A stretch of 64,000 nt of DNA from an uncultured Alphaproteobacteria bacterium (GCA_963825625.1 CAWGUF010000019.1:135534-199533), one strand, 5' to 3'; counted from the stretch's first letter, positions 29,396 through 40,078 are shown. Made by a program: numbers and translations. The notes: a model not told the origin generated them from the sequence alone.

Positions 29396-31033
29396 ATGAA
29401 TGCAACGACGCCGGCGCGCAGCTATCCGGACCTGCACGAGCAGATCGAGGCGCTGGACAAGGCCGGGCTGCTGATCCGGGTGGACATTCCGATCAACAAG
29501 GACACCGAATTGCATCCGCTGATGCGTTGGCAATTCCGCGGCGGCATTGCCGAGGAGGATCGCAAGGCGATGCTGTTCACCAATGTGGTCGACAGCAAGG
29601 GGCGGCAGTATGACATGCCGGTGGTGATCGGCGCGATGGGGGCCAGTGCAAAGGTCTACCAGGTTGGCCTGGGCCATCCGCCAGATCAGGTGGGGGCAGT
29701 GTGGGCGCAAGCGATGGGCAACCTCATTGCACCGAAATTCGTAGACAACGCTCCGTGTCATGATGTTGTGATCGAAGGAGCAGAGCTGGACAAGCCCGGA
29801 CAGGCGCTCGATGCGCTGCCGGTGCCGATCTCGACGCCAGGCTGGGACAACGGACCCTATCTGACGACATCGGCATTCATCACCAAGGACCCGGAGACGG
29901 GTGTCCAGAACATCGGCAACTATCGCGCGCAGGTGAAGAGCCGACGCAGGCTCGGTATGAACCCGTCGGTGGAGCTGAAGGCTGGCGGTTATCTGCATTG
30001 GCTCAAGTACAAGGCGATGGGACAGCCGATGCCTGTGGCCGTCGTGGTGGGGTTGCCGCCGGCCGTGGCCTACGCGTCCGTGCAGAAGGCGCCGGAGACG
30101 GTGGACGAGATCGCACTGGCGGGCGGGCTCGTCGGCGCGCCGATCAATGTCACCAAGGCGAGGACGGTCGACCTCGTCATTCCGGCGGAAGCGGAGATCG
30201 TCATCGAGGGGTTCATCGATACCAACTATCTGGAGCCGGAGGCGCCGTTCGGAGAGAGCCACGGCCACGTCAATCTCGCCGAGTACAACGCCTTCATGGA
30301 TGTCACGTGCATCACGAGGCGGAAGAATGCGATCTTCACGACATTTCTGTCGCAGCTTGCGCCGAGCGAGGCGACGGCGATGCGGCAACCGGGTCAGGAA
30401 GCGATTTTCCTCCGCCACCTGAAGGAAGGGCTCGGCATCAGGGGAATTCAGCGCGTGCATATGCACATGCCGTTGATCGGTGGCTATCGCGTCCTGGCAT
30501 TGCAGTTCAGCCGCGACACAACGGATACGGAGGTTTGGCGCGCGCTTTATGCCTGCGTGACGATCCAGAGGCCGGCAGGCAAGTTCGTGATTGCGATCAA
30601 CGAGGATATCGATCCCAACAACGCCGATGCTATCCTGTGGGCGATGACGTTCCGCGCCAAGCCGCATCTGGATATGCAGATCCTGCCACATCGGGAGGAG
30701 GGGCATGGGCCGCGCGACAAGACGCGGGGAGCGGAGGATTCCTCACTGCTCGTCAACGCCACGCTGCGGCAGGACTTTCCGCCGATATCGCTGCCGAAAC
30801 GCGAATTCATGGAACGGGCGCGAGAGATCTGGGAGAACAAGCTGGAGCTTGGCAAGCTGAGCCCGGAAATGCCCTGGTACGGGTATGATCTGGGGGCGTG
30901 GACTGATGATCTCGAGCATCAGGCGCAGCTGGCGGTGCAGGGGGACTACTGGCAGACGGGCGACGTGATCGCCCAGAAGCGGCGGAGCGATGTTGAGATG
31001 AATGCCGAGGTCCGCGACTTCGAGGACAAGTAG
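29396..31033 (+). CDS. UbiD-family (prFMN-dependent) decarboxylase
   Basis: ~545 aa with conserved UbiD blocks (IRGIQRVHMHMPLIGGY..., EAPFGESHGHVN). ORF 29387..31033; ATG 29396 follows an AGGTGG RBS. Confidence 0.9.
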   Translation: MNATTPARSYPDLHEQIEALDKAGLLIRVDIPINKDTELHPLMRWQFRGGIAEEDRKAMLFTNVVDSKGRQYDMPVVIGAMGASAKVYQVGLGHPPDQVGAVWAQAMGNLIAPKFVDNAPCHDVVIEGAELDKPGQALDALPVPISTPGWDNGPYLTTSAFITKDPETGVQNIGNYRAQVKSRRRLGMNPSVELKAGGYLHWLKYKAMGQPMPVAVVVGLPPAVAYASVQKAPETVDEIALAGGLVGAPINVTKARTVDLVIPAEAEIVIEGFIDTNYLEPEAPFGESHGHVNLAEYNAFMDVTCITRRKNAIFTTFLSQLAPSEATAMRQPGQEAIFLRHLKEGLGIRGIQRVHMHMPLIGGYRVLALQFSRDTTDTEVWRALYACVTIQRPAGKFVIAINEDIDPNNADAILWAMTFRAKPHLDMQILPHREEGHGPRDKTRGAEDSSLLVNATLRQDFPPISLPKREFMERAREIWENKLELGKLSPEMPWYGYDLGAWTDDLEHQAQLAVQGDYWQTGDVIAQKRRSDVEMNAEVRDFEDK

Positions 31034-31057
31034 CGGACCTGGGCTGTCAGCGTCGGG

Positions 31058-32944
31058 TTACCGCGCCTGCGGTTGGCCGGGGCGGGATGCTGTCGCGCCG
31101 GCACCTGCACCGGTACCGGCGGCACCTGGTGTCGAATTCAGGGATTGGCCGAGGATCGCCATCAGCATGCCGGCAACGCCGCCGCCAGCTTCGCCAGACC
31201 CTCCGACCTGGACGCTGGGGACGAACTTCTGGGCGTTGGCAATCGCGGTTGTCAGCACCTCGGGATGGGCATTGGCGAATTTCGCGATGGTATCCAGCAT
31301 CAGCTCGAATTGGCGCAGCTTCACCGTAGCATCCGGCCCCAGCACGCCGACCTGCTTCTGCTGACCTTCGGAGATCAGCGATAGCTTGTCGCGTTCGCCC
31401 TGGCCTTCGTTGCGGGCGGCCTGTGCGTTCTGGATCGACCGCTGGACATTGATCTCAGCCTCCACCAGCTTGGTTTGCTGGTCGGCGGTCGCCTTCGCCT
31501 TTTCCGAGGTCACGCGCTGCTCCTGCGCGGACTTCTCCTGTACGAAGGCGCGGGCGAGCTGGGTTGCAAGCTGCTCACGGCGCACCGCGACCAGCAGCTC
31601 GGGCGGAATTGCGGGCTCGCCGAGGCGGACCTCACGGATGGTTACGCACGATTTCTGCGCTTCGGGACGGATGCGGCGCTCGATCTCACCTTCGATCAGC
31701 GGACGCTGGTTGATGAGGTCGAGCACTTTGGTGGGGCGATTGACCGTGACGAAGATCGGTTTGCCGTCGGGGTCCAGGACCGGCCGTCCGTCAGCGCCCA
31801 AGCGCGGCTCCGTGATCTCATAGCTGCCGCCGGCGACGTCGCGGGTGATGGCGCGGATGGACGGGGTGAGGACGCGATCCTCGACTTGCTTGAGGGTGCC
31901 GACGGCGGCGACGACGCAGGAGGCCTCGTTGGGGGAGACCTGCGCGACGACACGCAGCTCCAGCGGCACGTCCCAGCCTTCCATCTTGACGAACACGGCG
32001 CGGTCGGCGTTGTCGCGGGTGACGGGGATCTCCTCCTCGGTGCGGTTCTGCACGATCTCGCCCTTGGCATCGACCGTGAGCGAGATGTTGGCGCGGCGAT
32101 AGCCGCCGGCATAGGTCCAGACCTGGGCGCGGGTATCGATCTGGGTCAGCGCGAAGGCATCGGGATTGAAATAGTACTTGCCCGGCTGCAGCGGCTTGTC
32201 CCACACGCCGATGCAACCAACGGGCACGATCGGGGCGTCGAGACGGGCCCGGTCGTTGGCGGTGTTGACGCGGATAACGTCGCAGTTGGCCGGCTTGTCG
32301 GCCTTGAGGGTGCCGAAATCGATGTCGGCGTGGATGTTCGACTTGACGACGCCGACGTAGCCGGCCTCGACTTCACGCGCATCCGTCATCGTGATGTCCC
32401 ACAGATAACGATTGAGGCGGTATCTGCCTGGCGTCAGAACGGTTAGCTGCGGGCCACGCTGGCCACCATTCGTGAGGAAGACTTCCGCGTCGAGCATGCG
32501 GTAGCCGAACTGGGTGGCGAATGGATCGGCGAACGCCTGTCCCGGCCGCAGGGCGGCTCCGTCCTTGGCTGTCAGTATGCCGACTTTCCCTTTGGGGACG
32601 TTGATTTCCTGCTGGTTGGTGTCGACATCGTAGAGGACGTTGACCAGCGGCCAGAACTGGAAGCCTGGCGGCAGGATGCGCGCCTGGGGACCGTTCTCTC
32701 CCTCGACAGCGACGATTTTGCCTTCGCGCAGTGGACTGCCGCCATAGACCTTGAACAATTGGCCAAGGCGTCCGTCGGGTACGATCACGAAGGAGGTGGA
32801 CAGGATCGCGAATGCGATGATGCATATACCCAGAACGCGCGAGAGTGATGTTGCCAACGTGCTGCGGTAAGCGGCAGGAAGCACGACCGGCAGGACGAAG
32901 AAAACGAGGGCGCCCGCCAGAATCATCAGAATGAGGTTCAACAT
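31058..32944 (-). CDS. flotillin-family SPFH/band-7 membrane protein (YqiK/FloA-like)
   Basis: N-terminal TM segment and an SPFH domain, then a long Glu/Ala/Gln-rich coiled-coil tail (EKSAQEQRVTSEKAKATADQQTKLVEAEINVQRS...) and a Gly-rich end. Confidence 0.85.
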   Translation of the reverse strand: MLNLILMILAGALVFFVLPVVLPAAYRSTLATSLSRVLGICIIAFAILSTSFVIVPDGRLGQLFKVYGGSPLREGKIVAVEGENGPQARILPPGFQFWPLVNVLYDVDTNQQEINVPKGKVGILTAKDGAALRPGQAFADPFATQFGYRMLDAEVFLTNGGQRGPQLTVLTPGRYRLNRYLWDITMTDAREVEAGYVGVVKSNIHADIDFGTLKADKPANCDVIRVNTANDRARLDAPIVPVGCIGVWDKPLQPGKYYFNPDAFALTQIDTRAQVWTYAGGYRRANISLTVDAKGEIVQNRTEEEIPVTRDNADRAVFVKMEGWDVPLELRVVAQVSPNEASCVVAAVGTLKQVEDRVLTPSIRAITRDVAGGSYEITEPRLGADGRPVLDPDGKPIFVTVNRPTKVLDLINQRPLIEGEIERRIRPEAQKSCVTIREVRLGEPAIPPELLVAVRREQLATQLARAFVQEKSAQEQRVTSEKAKATADQQTKLVEAEINVQRSIQNAQAARNEGQGERDKLSLISEGQQKQVGVLGPDATVKLRQFELMLDTIAKFANAHPEVLTTAIANAQKFVPSVQVGGSGEAGGGVAGMLMAILGQSLNSTPGAAGTGAGAGATASRPGQPQAR

Positions 32945-33199
32945 GTCTTGTTCCTTCTCGTGGCCGGGTAATTCGCTGAAGCCAAACTAAGCCACTAGGC
33001 TATTTCCGCTGCGTACTGCCAGAGCGAGGAAATGGCGTAAAAACTTCCTCAGCGTATCAGTTGAAGCAGGTGGTCGCATCGCAAGACCGTCTGCTCCGGT
33101 TTCTAAATAGGACGGAAATTATTTAATTTTCGTAGCCATTTTAATTAGTTGATATGCAATTCCACAATTTTGGATCTGTCGGAGCGGCCAAGGCCAAAA

Positions 33200-34189
33200 C
33201 TAATTCGGTATGCGTTGTACCAGATCCGAGAGGCTGGAACTGGGCAACGGCTTGCGCAATGTGCCGTCGGCTACCGCTTCGGCCATCGTGCGTTCGAGCC
33301 CAATCATGCGGTCAGGATCGAGCATCGGCTTGGGAAAGAATTGGTCGCGCAGACGCCTGGCGCGTTCGAGCGGCATGCGGCGCCAATCGGCATAGAGCTT
33401 GAGCGCGCGCGGATCGGCGTACATTGCGTCGATCGTCTGTCGCCAGCCGCGCATGAAACGCGTGAGGGGGTCGCGGCGGGTTGCGTTCATTTGCTGAGAG
33501 GTAATGTTCACGCGCAAGGTGATGTCCGCGAAACTCGAATCGCTACCTTGAGCGAATATGCGTATTTCCGAGTTCTCCAGATGCTCCAGGCCGAACGGCG
33601 GGGCAGCCCATCCGATGTCGATCTGGCCACTGAGGACCTGGGACAAGGTCGGTGATGGCCAGCCGGTTGCCACGGGGCGTGCCTTCAGGCTCTTCTCCCG
33701 GATGAATGCCTTGACCACGGATCTGGTGCAGCAGTCGGTGGAATATGCGATCGTGCGACGGTCGGTATCGGTCCAGGCCCGGATCGGGCTGGACGCGCGT
33801 ACGTACCAATAGAGGTCGTGGGCGCCGGTGGCCTGACCGGCGATGATTTGGACGGGTGCTGAGGAGAGAGCGGCGTCCAACACATCGACGACGTCAGCGG
33901 CGATGCCGACATCCGCGGCGTTGGTCACGATCGCATTGACGGCATCGCGGGAGCCCCAGACGTAGTTTATCTCGAGCTCGATGCCGTGGCGTTTCATGAT
34001 GCCAAGCCGCTGCGCGAGTTCCACCACGGCGCCGTCCCAGGTTCCGCGTCTCGTTGCCGATACCCGCAAACGGTCCTGGGCGAGAGACGGCAGGGCGACG
34101 GCTGCAAGGCCGGCAGCGAGTAGCACAAGTGCTGCTATCCGGCCTGTTGTCCGTCGAGGCGGGCTGTCGAGTATGGTCATACAACGCAT
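33200..34189 (-). CDS. periplasmic substrate-binding protein of the NMT1/SsuA/TauA-like ABC transporter family
   Basis: Signal peptide (IAALVLLAAGLAAVALPSLAQD); ~300 aa mature protein with the SBP type-2 fold pattern. Confidence 0.65.
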   Translation of the reverse strand: MRCMTILDSPPRRTTGRIAALVLLAAGLAAVALPSLAQDRLRVSATRRGTWDGAVVELAQRLGIMKRHGIELEINYVWGSRDAVNAIVTNAADVGIAADVVDVLDAALSSAPVQIIAGQATGAHDLYWYVRASSPIRAWTDTDRRTIAYSTDCCTRSVVKAFIREKSLKARPVATGWPSPTLSQVLSGQIDIGWAAPPFGLEHLENSEIRIFAQGSDSSFADITLRVNITSQQMNATRRDPLTRFMRGWRQTIDAMYADPRALKLYADWRRMPLERARRLRDQFFPKPMLDPDRMIGLERTMAEAVADGTLRKPLPSSSLSDLVQRIPN

Positions 34190-34247
34190 GATAGACCAGA
34201 CTTGCGGGTATTGCGAAGGCTGGTTTTGCAGCGGGCAAGGCGGAGCG

Positions 34248-35567
34248 TTATTCGGCTGCTGCGGCGCTGCCCGATGTCGACTGTCGATTTGCGATTTCCA
34301 GCTCCTCGTCGGAGCAACCCAACGTGCGCCAATCCACAGTCTTGGCGACGATCCCCTGGAACGAGCGCAGGACCTTTTGGGGAATGCGCGGTTCAGTGGT
34401 CCCGATCACCGGGCCGCCGGTCGCAGCGGTGCGGGCGGCAGCCACCATCTGCTTCCTGAATTCCACGATGGCGAGATCGGAGGCGCCGAGGCGCTCGCGC
34501 GAGCGATCGCCGATCGCTCCCATCGTCTCCCACATCGCGATGTCCTGATTGGAGATGCCGCGGATGCCGGTCATGTTGCCGAGCCGCATGGCCATGCGGT
34601 CCTGCTGGTAGTTGTTCGCGATGTTGCGCAGATTGCGGTAGGTCTGGTCGACATCGAGACCAACGCGCGCAGACACGAAGTTGCGCCACTCGTCGAGGGC
34701 CGGCGTGGTCTCGCCGCCGAAGGCGACGAGATAGAGGACGGAAGAGGTGTCATCGCGCGGCACCTGCAGCGTGCAGGCGTGGTGCAGGTTGTTGGATGGG
34801 ATCAGGACGGTGCAGGGGGCGACGAACAGCGAGGTGCGGACATAATCGTGCGTGTCCGCGTTCTTGATCGGCCGGCGGACCGCAGCATAGCGGAACCCGA
34901 ACGAGGTATGCTGAAGAACCATGCGCGGGGATTTGTCGGTCGACGGACGCTGCCATTGCAGACCGGTGGAGCCGCCGGTCTCGATGCGCGCGGGCACCAT
35001 GTCGGAGGCATGCAGGCTGGATGAATGGGCGCTGTCGATGGAGCCTTCGAGCATCTGCGCCCAGTTGGCGTCCACGATCACCTTGCTGGAGACGACGCGG
35101 GTGTCGGGTGTCGGCACGAAAACCGGTGGCTCGAACGCGGGCATGCTCTGCCGCGGACCCATGTAGGTCCACACGAAGCCGCCGCATTCCACGACCGGGT
35201 AAGAGGTGAGCTTGACCTTGTCGCAGAAGCTCGATTCGGGCGGCTCGGAAGCCATCTCCAGGCAGTTGCCGTCGACGTCGAACTTCCAGCCGTGGTAGAG
35301 ACACCTGAGGCCACCTTCCTCGTTACGGCCATAGAACAGCGAGGCCCGGCGATGCGGGCAGGCTTCCTGGACGAGGCCGAGACGGCCGTCGGTGTCGCGG
35401 AATAGCACAAGGTCCTCGCCGAGCAGCCGCACCCGGACCGGATCGCCGTCAGCCTCTGCCACCTCCTCGACAAGGGCGGCGGGGAGCCAGTGATGCCGAA
35501 AGATCCTGCCCATAGCGGCATCGCCTTCGACGCGGCAGAGCAGATCGTTCTCCTCGGGCGAGAGCAT
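34248..35567 (-). CDS. Rieske non-heme-iron aromatic ring-hydroxylating oxygenase alpha subunit (phthalate-dioxygenase-like homomultimer type), intact copy
   Basis: Rieske motif CPHRRASLFYGRNEEGGLRCLYHGWKF, followed by a catalytic domain of ~300 aa. ORF 34248..35597; start at Met11 (MLSPEENDLLC). Confidence 0.85.
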   Translation of the reverse strand: MLSPEENDLLCRVEGDAAMGRIFRHHWLPAALVEEVAEADGDPVRVRLLGEDLVLFRDTDGRLGLVQEACPHRRASLFYGRNEEGGLRCLYHGWKFDVDGNCLEMASEPPESSFCDKVKLTSYPVVECGGFVWTYMGPRQSMPAFEPPVFVPTPDTRVVSSKVIVDANWAQMLEGSIDSAHSSSLHASDMVPARIETGGSTGLQWQRPSTDKSPRMVLQHTSFGFRYAAVRRPIKNADTHDYVRTSLFVAPCTVLIPSNNLHHACTLQVPRDDTSSVLYLVAFGGETTPALDEWRNFVSARVGLDVDQTYRNLRNIANNYQQDRMAMRLGNMTGIRGISNQDIAMWETMGAIGDRSRERLGASDLAIVEFRKQMVAAARTAATGGPVIGTTEPRIPQKVLRSFQGIVAKTVDWRTLGCSDEELEIANRQSTSGSAAAAE

Positions 35568-35641
35568 GGGGTCCTCCGCGGTGCCACCATCGCACAAGCA
35601 CGATGGTGCGAGTTTTCTTTGCGCTGCTGACGACCGCCGCC

Positions 35642-36968
35642 TTATTCGGCAGCTTCGGTCCGGCCACCGTTTGCGGCCTGCTGCTGTTTTGTGACGGCCA
35701 ACTCCTCATCCGTGCAGCCCAACGTGCGGAAGTCGTAGCCCTTGGGCGTGATGCCCTCGAACGATTGCAGCGCGGCGAGCGGAATGCGCGGCTCAGTCGT
35801 GCCGATGGCGGGGCCACCATTCTGCATGGTGCGCGCTGCTTCCACCATCTGCTTGCGGAACTCGACGACGGCGAGGTCGGAAGCGCCCAGGCGATCCTGC
35901 GTGCGATCGACGAGCGGGCCCATCGACTCCCACATCGAGATATCCTGGTTGGTGATGCCGGGAATGCCGGTGAAGTTGCCCAGCTTCATCAGCTGCCGGT
36001 CCTGCTTGTAGTTGTTGGCGCGGTTGCGCGTATTGCGATAGGTCTCGTCGAGGTCGATGCCCACACGGTTGGCGTGCAGCTTGCGCCAGTCCTCCTGCGA
36101 TGGCACCGTCTCGCCGCCGAACGCCACGAAATAGAACGTCGTGGAATAGTCGTCGCGCGGGACATGCACGGTACAGCTGCGGTGCAGGTTGTTGGGCGGG
36201 ATGTGCACCAGGTAGGGCGCCACGAACAGGGTCGTGCGGACGTAGTCGTGGGTCTGAGCGTCCTTGATGGGACGGCGGATGGCCGAATAGCGAAAGCCGA
36301 AGGAGGTGCGCTGCACCACCATTCGCGGCGCCTTGTCGGTCGAGGGGCGCTGCCATTGCGTCACGGTCGACTGTGCTCCCGGTACGCGCGCAGGCACCAT
36401 GTCGGAGGAGTGCAGCGTGGACGAGTGGGCGCTGTCGATGGAGCCTTCCAGCATCTGCACCCAATTGGCATCCACGATCACCTTCGTGCTCACCACGTGC
36501 GTGTCGGGGGTGGGTAGGAACACCGGCGGCTCGAATTCCGGCATCGTCTCCGGCGGACCCATGTAGGTCCAAACGAAGCCGGCGCACTCGCGAACCGGAT
36601 AGGATTTGATTTTGACCTTGTCGCAGAAACTAGACTTCGGCAGGCTCGGAGGCCATCTCCACGCAGTTGCCATCGACGTCGAATTTCCAGCCGTGGTAGA
36701 GGCAACGCAGGCCGCATTCCTCGTTGCGGCCGTAGAACAGCGAGGCGCGGCGATGCGGGCATGCCTCGTCTATCAGTCCGAGCCGGCCATCGGTGTCGCG
36801 GAACAGCACGAGATCTTCGCCCAGCAGGCGGACACGAACGGGGTCACCATCAGGCTCGGCGACCTCTTCGCTCAGTGCGGCGGGCAGCCAATGGCGGCGA
36901 TAGATCTGTCCCATCGGTGCATTGCCTTCGACGCGGCAAAGCAGATCGTTTTCCTCGGGTGTCAGCAT
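35642..36968 (-). pseudogene. second, tandem paralog of the Rieske oxygenase alpha subunit, with the frame interrupted between the Rieske and catalytic domains (~36633-36640)
   Basis: ORF 36630..37019 (true start ATG 36968, MLTPEENDLLC) ends ...NCVEMASEPAEV*. ORF 35642..36673 continues ...SSFCDKVKIKSYPVRECAGFVW... in another frame. Both pieces are ~85% identical at protein level to the intact copy; one extra G explains the junction. Confidence 0.75.
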
Positions 36969-37043
36969 GGAGGGTCTCCTCGAGGGTGGTTTCCCTGTGT
37001 CGATGACTATTTGGCGCAACGATAATGTCGGCGCGCCAATTGC

Positions 37044-37176
37044 ACTTAATATTAGACATCTAAGTTGTTCGTATAGCCAACGCGCAGATTGTTGTCGAGC
37101 GCAAATTTGGCGGCCCGTGCTTGCGCAGGCAGAGCTGTTCCGTTAGATGGTTAGACCCCTAAGTTCTTTAGCCCGT
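37044..37176. promoter_or_regulatory. divergent promoter region with two copies of the TTAGAC-NN-CTAAGTT motif
   Basis: ATTAGACATCTAAGTT (~37044-37059) and GTTAGACCCCTAAGTT (~37152-37167). Each has a TTAG/CTAA inverted core. They lie in the 246-bp gap between the divergent Rieske oxygenase and reductase genes. Confidence 0.4.
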
Positions 37177-37214
37177 CCGTCTACAGGACCGGCAGACCGG
37201 AGATTGCCGGCCAG

Positions 37215-38186
37215 ATGACAGCCGACGATATGCCGCCGATGATGCTATTGTCCGTGACGCGTGCCGAGCGGGCGGCCGAGGACATCCAACTGTTCGAGCT
37301 CCGTCGCCCGGATGGTGGGGAGCTGCCTGAGTTCACGCCTGGCGCTCACATAGACGTGGAGCTGCCCGGCGGCTACCGGCCGCAAGTACTCGCTGGCAAA
37401 TGATCCGGCCGATCGCGAGGTCTACCAGATCGCGGTCAAGCGCGAGGCCGAGGGGCGCGGTGGATCAGTGTCAATGGTCGACGGGATCAAGGCCGGTGAC
37501 ACGATCTCCGTGTCGCTGCCAAAAAACGAATTCGAGCTGAAGCCATCGCCGGCCGGCTATACGCTGATTGCCGGCGGGATCGGGATAACGCCGATATTGT
37601 CAATGGCGCGGCACCTCAAGTCGACAGGCGCGGGCAAGTTTCGCCTGTACTATCTGACGCGATCGAAGGCGGCGACGGCATTTCTGGAAGAGTTGTCCGG
37701 GCCGGAGTTTCGCGGGGCAACGTCAAGATCCACCACGACGGCGGCGATCCGGACAAGGCTCTCGATCTGTGGCCGGTGCTGGAGCAGCCCAAAGGCCATG
37801 TCTACTGCTGCGGTCCGCGCGGGCTGATGCAGGTGGTGCGCGATATGACCGGGCACTGGTCGAGCGCGGCGGTGCATTTCGAGGCGTTTACGGAGGGAGC
37901 GACAACCAAGCCCGACGACAAGCCGTTCAAGGTGACGGTGCGGCCAGGCGGTCAGGTCGTCGATGTTGCTGTCGGCACCTCGATCCTGGAGGCGTTGCGT
38001 GCGGGCGGCTTCAAGGTGCCTTCATCGTGCGAAAGTGGTACGTGCGGCTCGTGCAAGTCGAAGCTGGTGAGCGGTGTTGTCGATCATCGCGACTTCGTTC
38101 TGACCGATGAGGAGAAGGCGCGCCACATCATGGTGTGCGTCTCGCGGGCTTCGTCCGGCGACCTCGAGATCGAGATCGAGGGGTGA
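37215..38186 (+). pseudogene. phthalate-dioxygenase-reductase-type (FMN/NAD-binding plus plant-type [2Fe-2S]) oxygenase reductase, with two frame interruptions (~37380 and ~37724)
   Basis: Piece 1 ...HIDVELPGGYR. Piece 2 KYSLANDPADREVYQIAVKREAEGRGGSVSMVDGIKAGDTISVS...LYYLTRSKAATAFLEELSGPEFRG. Piece 3 NVKIHHDGGDPDKALDLWPVLEQPKGHVYCCGPRGLMQVV...CESGTCGSCKSKLVSG. Junctions look like an extra C in CGGCCGC and one G lost in a G-run. Confidence 0.75.
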
Positions 38187-39397
38187 TGGCGATGACGCGA
38201 GCTCTCAGAATCGGCGTGGCAGGGCTTGGCCGAGCGTTCTCGATCATGCTGCCCGCGCTTGGCAGCGAGAAGCTCGAGGTGGTGGCCGGTGCGGATCCGC
38301 GGCCCGAGGCGCGGGACAGCTTTCGCTCGGAGTTCCAGGCGCGGACGTACCCCACCGTTGACGAGCTATGCGCCGACAGCGCTGTCGAGGCCGTCTACAT
38401 TTCCACGCCGCATCAGTTCCATTGCGACAATGTCCGGGCGGCTGCCAGACACGGCAAGCATGTGCTGGTCGAGAAACCGATGGCACTGACCCTGGCGGAA
38501 TGCCGGGAGATGATCGAGACGGCGCGTGCGGCCGGCATCGTGCTGATCGTCGGGCACAGTCATTCGTTCGATCGGCCCATTCTGCGGACGCGGGAGATCA
38601 TCGCGTCGGGAGCGGTCGGCGAATTGAAGATGATCACGTCGGCCTACTTCACGGACTTTCTCTATCGTCCACGCAGACCCGAGGAGCTGGATACCGCGCA
38701 AGGTGGCGGCGTGATGTACAATCAGGCGCCGCATCAGGTCGACGTGGCGCGGCTGCTGGGCGGGGGCCTGGTCAAGAGCGTGCGGGCCAACCTCGGCGCC
38801 TGGGACCCTGCGCGGGGGACAGAAGGCGCGTACCAGGCACTGTTGACATTCGAGAATGGTACGACGGCATCGCTGACGTATTCCGGGTACGCCCATTTCG
38901 ACGGAGACGAGCTTGTCGACTGCGTCGCCGAAAGCGGGCTGCCGAAGGATCCTTCGCGCTACGGCGCGGCGCGGCGGGCGTTGGCTGCGGTGCGAAGCCA
39001 GGACGAGGAGTTGCGCGTCAAGGCGGCGACCAATTACGGCGGCGAGGGCTACTCCGGGCCGACCCGGTCGAGCACGGCGGCGGAGCGGCATCACCAGCAT
39101 TTCGGATTGGTGGTCGCAAGCTGTGAGCACGCAGACCTCAGGCCCACCGCCAAGGGAATCCATGTGTATGCGGACGAAGAGCGGCGGTTCGAGCCGCTGG
39201 CGCGGCCCCGGCTCTATCGCGACGAGGTGGTCGATGAGCTGCATGGTGCTGTCGTCGAAGGGGGCCCGGTGGTCCATTCGGGCGAATGGGGCATGGCGAC
39301 CATGGAGGTATGCCTCGCGATGTTGCAGTCGCACGCGGAAGGTCGAGAGATAGCCTTGAAGCACCAGGTTGCAATCGCGGGATTTGGGGGGAAATGA
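38186..39397 (+). CDS. Gfo/Idh/MocA-family NAD(P)-dependent oxidoreductase
   Basis: N-terminal Rossmann motif LRIGVAGLGRAFSIMLPAL and the EKP motif HVLVEKPMALT. ATG 38186 overlaps the reductase stop (TGATG), implying co-translation in an operon. Confidence 0.85.
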   Translation: MAMTRALRIGVAGLGRAFSIMLPALGSEKLEVVAGADPRPEARDSFRSEFQARTYPTVDELCADSAVEAVYISTPHQFHCDNVRAAARHGKHVLVEKPMALTLAECREMIETARAAGIVLIVGHSHSFDRPILRTREIIASGAVGELKMITSAYFTDFLYRPRRPEELDTAQGGGVMYNQAPHQVDVARLLGGGLVKSVRANLGAWDPARGTEGAYQALLTFENGTTASLTYSGYAHFDGDELVDCVAESGLPKDPSRYGAARRALAAVRSQDEELRVKAATNYGGEGYSGPTRSSTAAERHHQHFGLVVASCEHADLRPTAKGIHVYADEERRFEPLARPRLYRDEVVDELHGAVVEGGPVVHSGEWGMATMEVCLAMLQSHAEGREIALKHQVAIAGFGGK

Positions 39398-39454
39398 GAT
39401 GTCTGGATCGTCAATCATCAGTGTGTTCTGTGCTGCAGTCAGGGACCAGATCGC

Positions 39455-40078
39455 ATGAGCAAACCCACCGCCAAAGCCGAGCCGGATATTGCGGCGGATG
39501 CCGGGACGCAGGCAATCCTGCGCCATTGGCGCGAAGCCGTGCCCAATGATCGGCTCGCGCATCTGGTCAAGGATGCGATGCGGGGATTGCAGCGTGCGCT
39601 GCAGATCAGGCACGCCAAGTATTCGGTGTCTTTCGGTCATTGGACGTTCATGCGCATCCTGTGGGAGACGGACGGGCTGACGCAGCGCGAATTATCGGAG
39701 CGTGCCGGGGTGCAGGAGCCGACCACGTTCGCTGCTCTCAAGGCGATGGAAAAGCTTGGCTACGTCACGCGCCGCCAGCTGCCGGACAGCCGCAAGAAGG
39801 TGTATGTGTTCCTGACCGAGAAAGGACGCGTGCTGCGTCCGGAGCTGGTTCCGCTTGCGGAAGAGGTGAACCAGGTCGCGATCAAGGGGCTGACGTCGGA
39901 GGACATCGCCACGACGCGGCGCACGCTACTGGTCATGATCGAGAATCTGGCGCGGGATGAAGCCGAGCAATTGCGCCAGCATCGCCGTATTCCATCGACC
40001 CGCGAGCTGGCACGGCTCGTGGCGGAAGCGGAGGAGGAGGCGAACGCCAACAAGCCGGACAAATCTTTACCGGCGTAG
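39455..40078 (+). CDS. MarR-family transcriptional regulator
   Basis: Winged-helix region LTQRELSERAGVQEPTTFAALKAMEKLGYVTRRQLPDSRKKVYVFLTEKG. Confidence 0.85.
   Translation: MSKPTAKAEPDIAADAGTQAILRHWREAVPNDRLAHLVKDAMRGLQRALQIRHAKYSVSFGHWTFMRILWETDGLTQRELSERAGVQEPTTFAALKAMEKLGYVTRRQLPDSRKKVYVFLTEKGRVLRPELVPLAEEVNQVAIKGLTSEDIATTRRTLLVMIENLARDEAEQLRQHRRIPSTRELARLVAEAEEEANANKPDKSLPA

Noticed and set aside
31058-32944. Flotillin gene as part of a flotillin/NfeD pair or a dynamin/flotillin system
   Set aside because: No NfeD-like gene is adjacent (neighbours are UbiD, convergent, and a binding-protein gene). The dynamin-like gene is 30 kb away, so no operonic link is supported.
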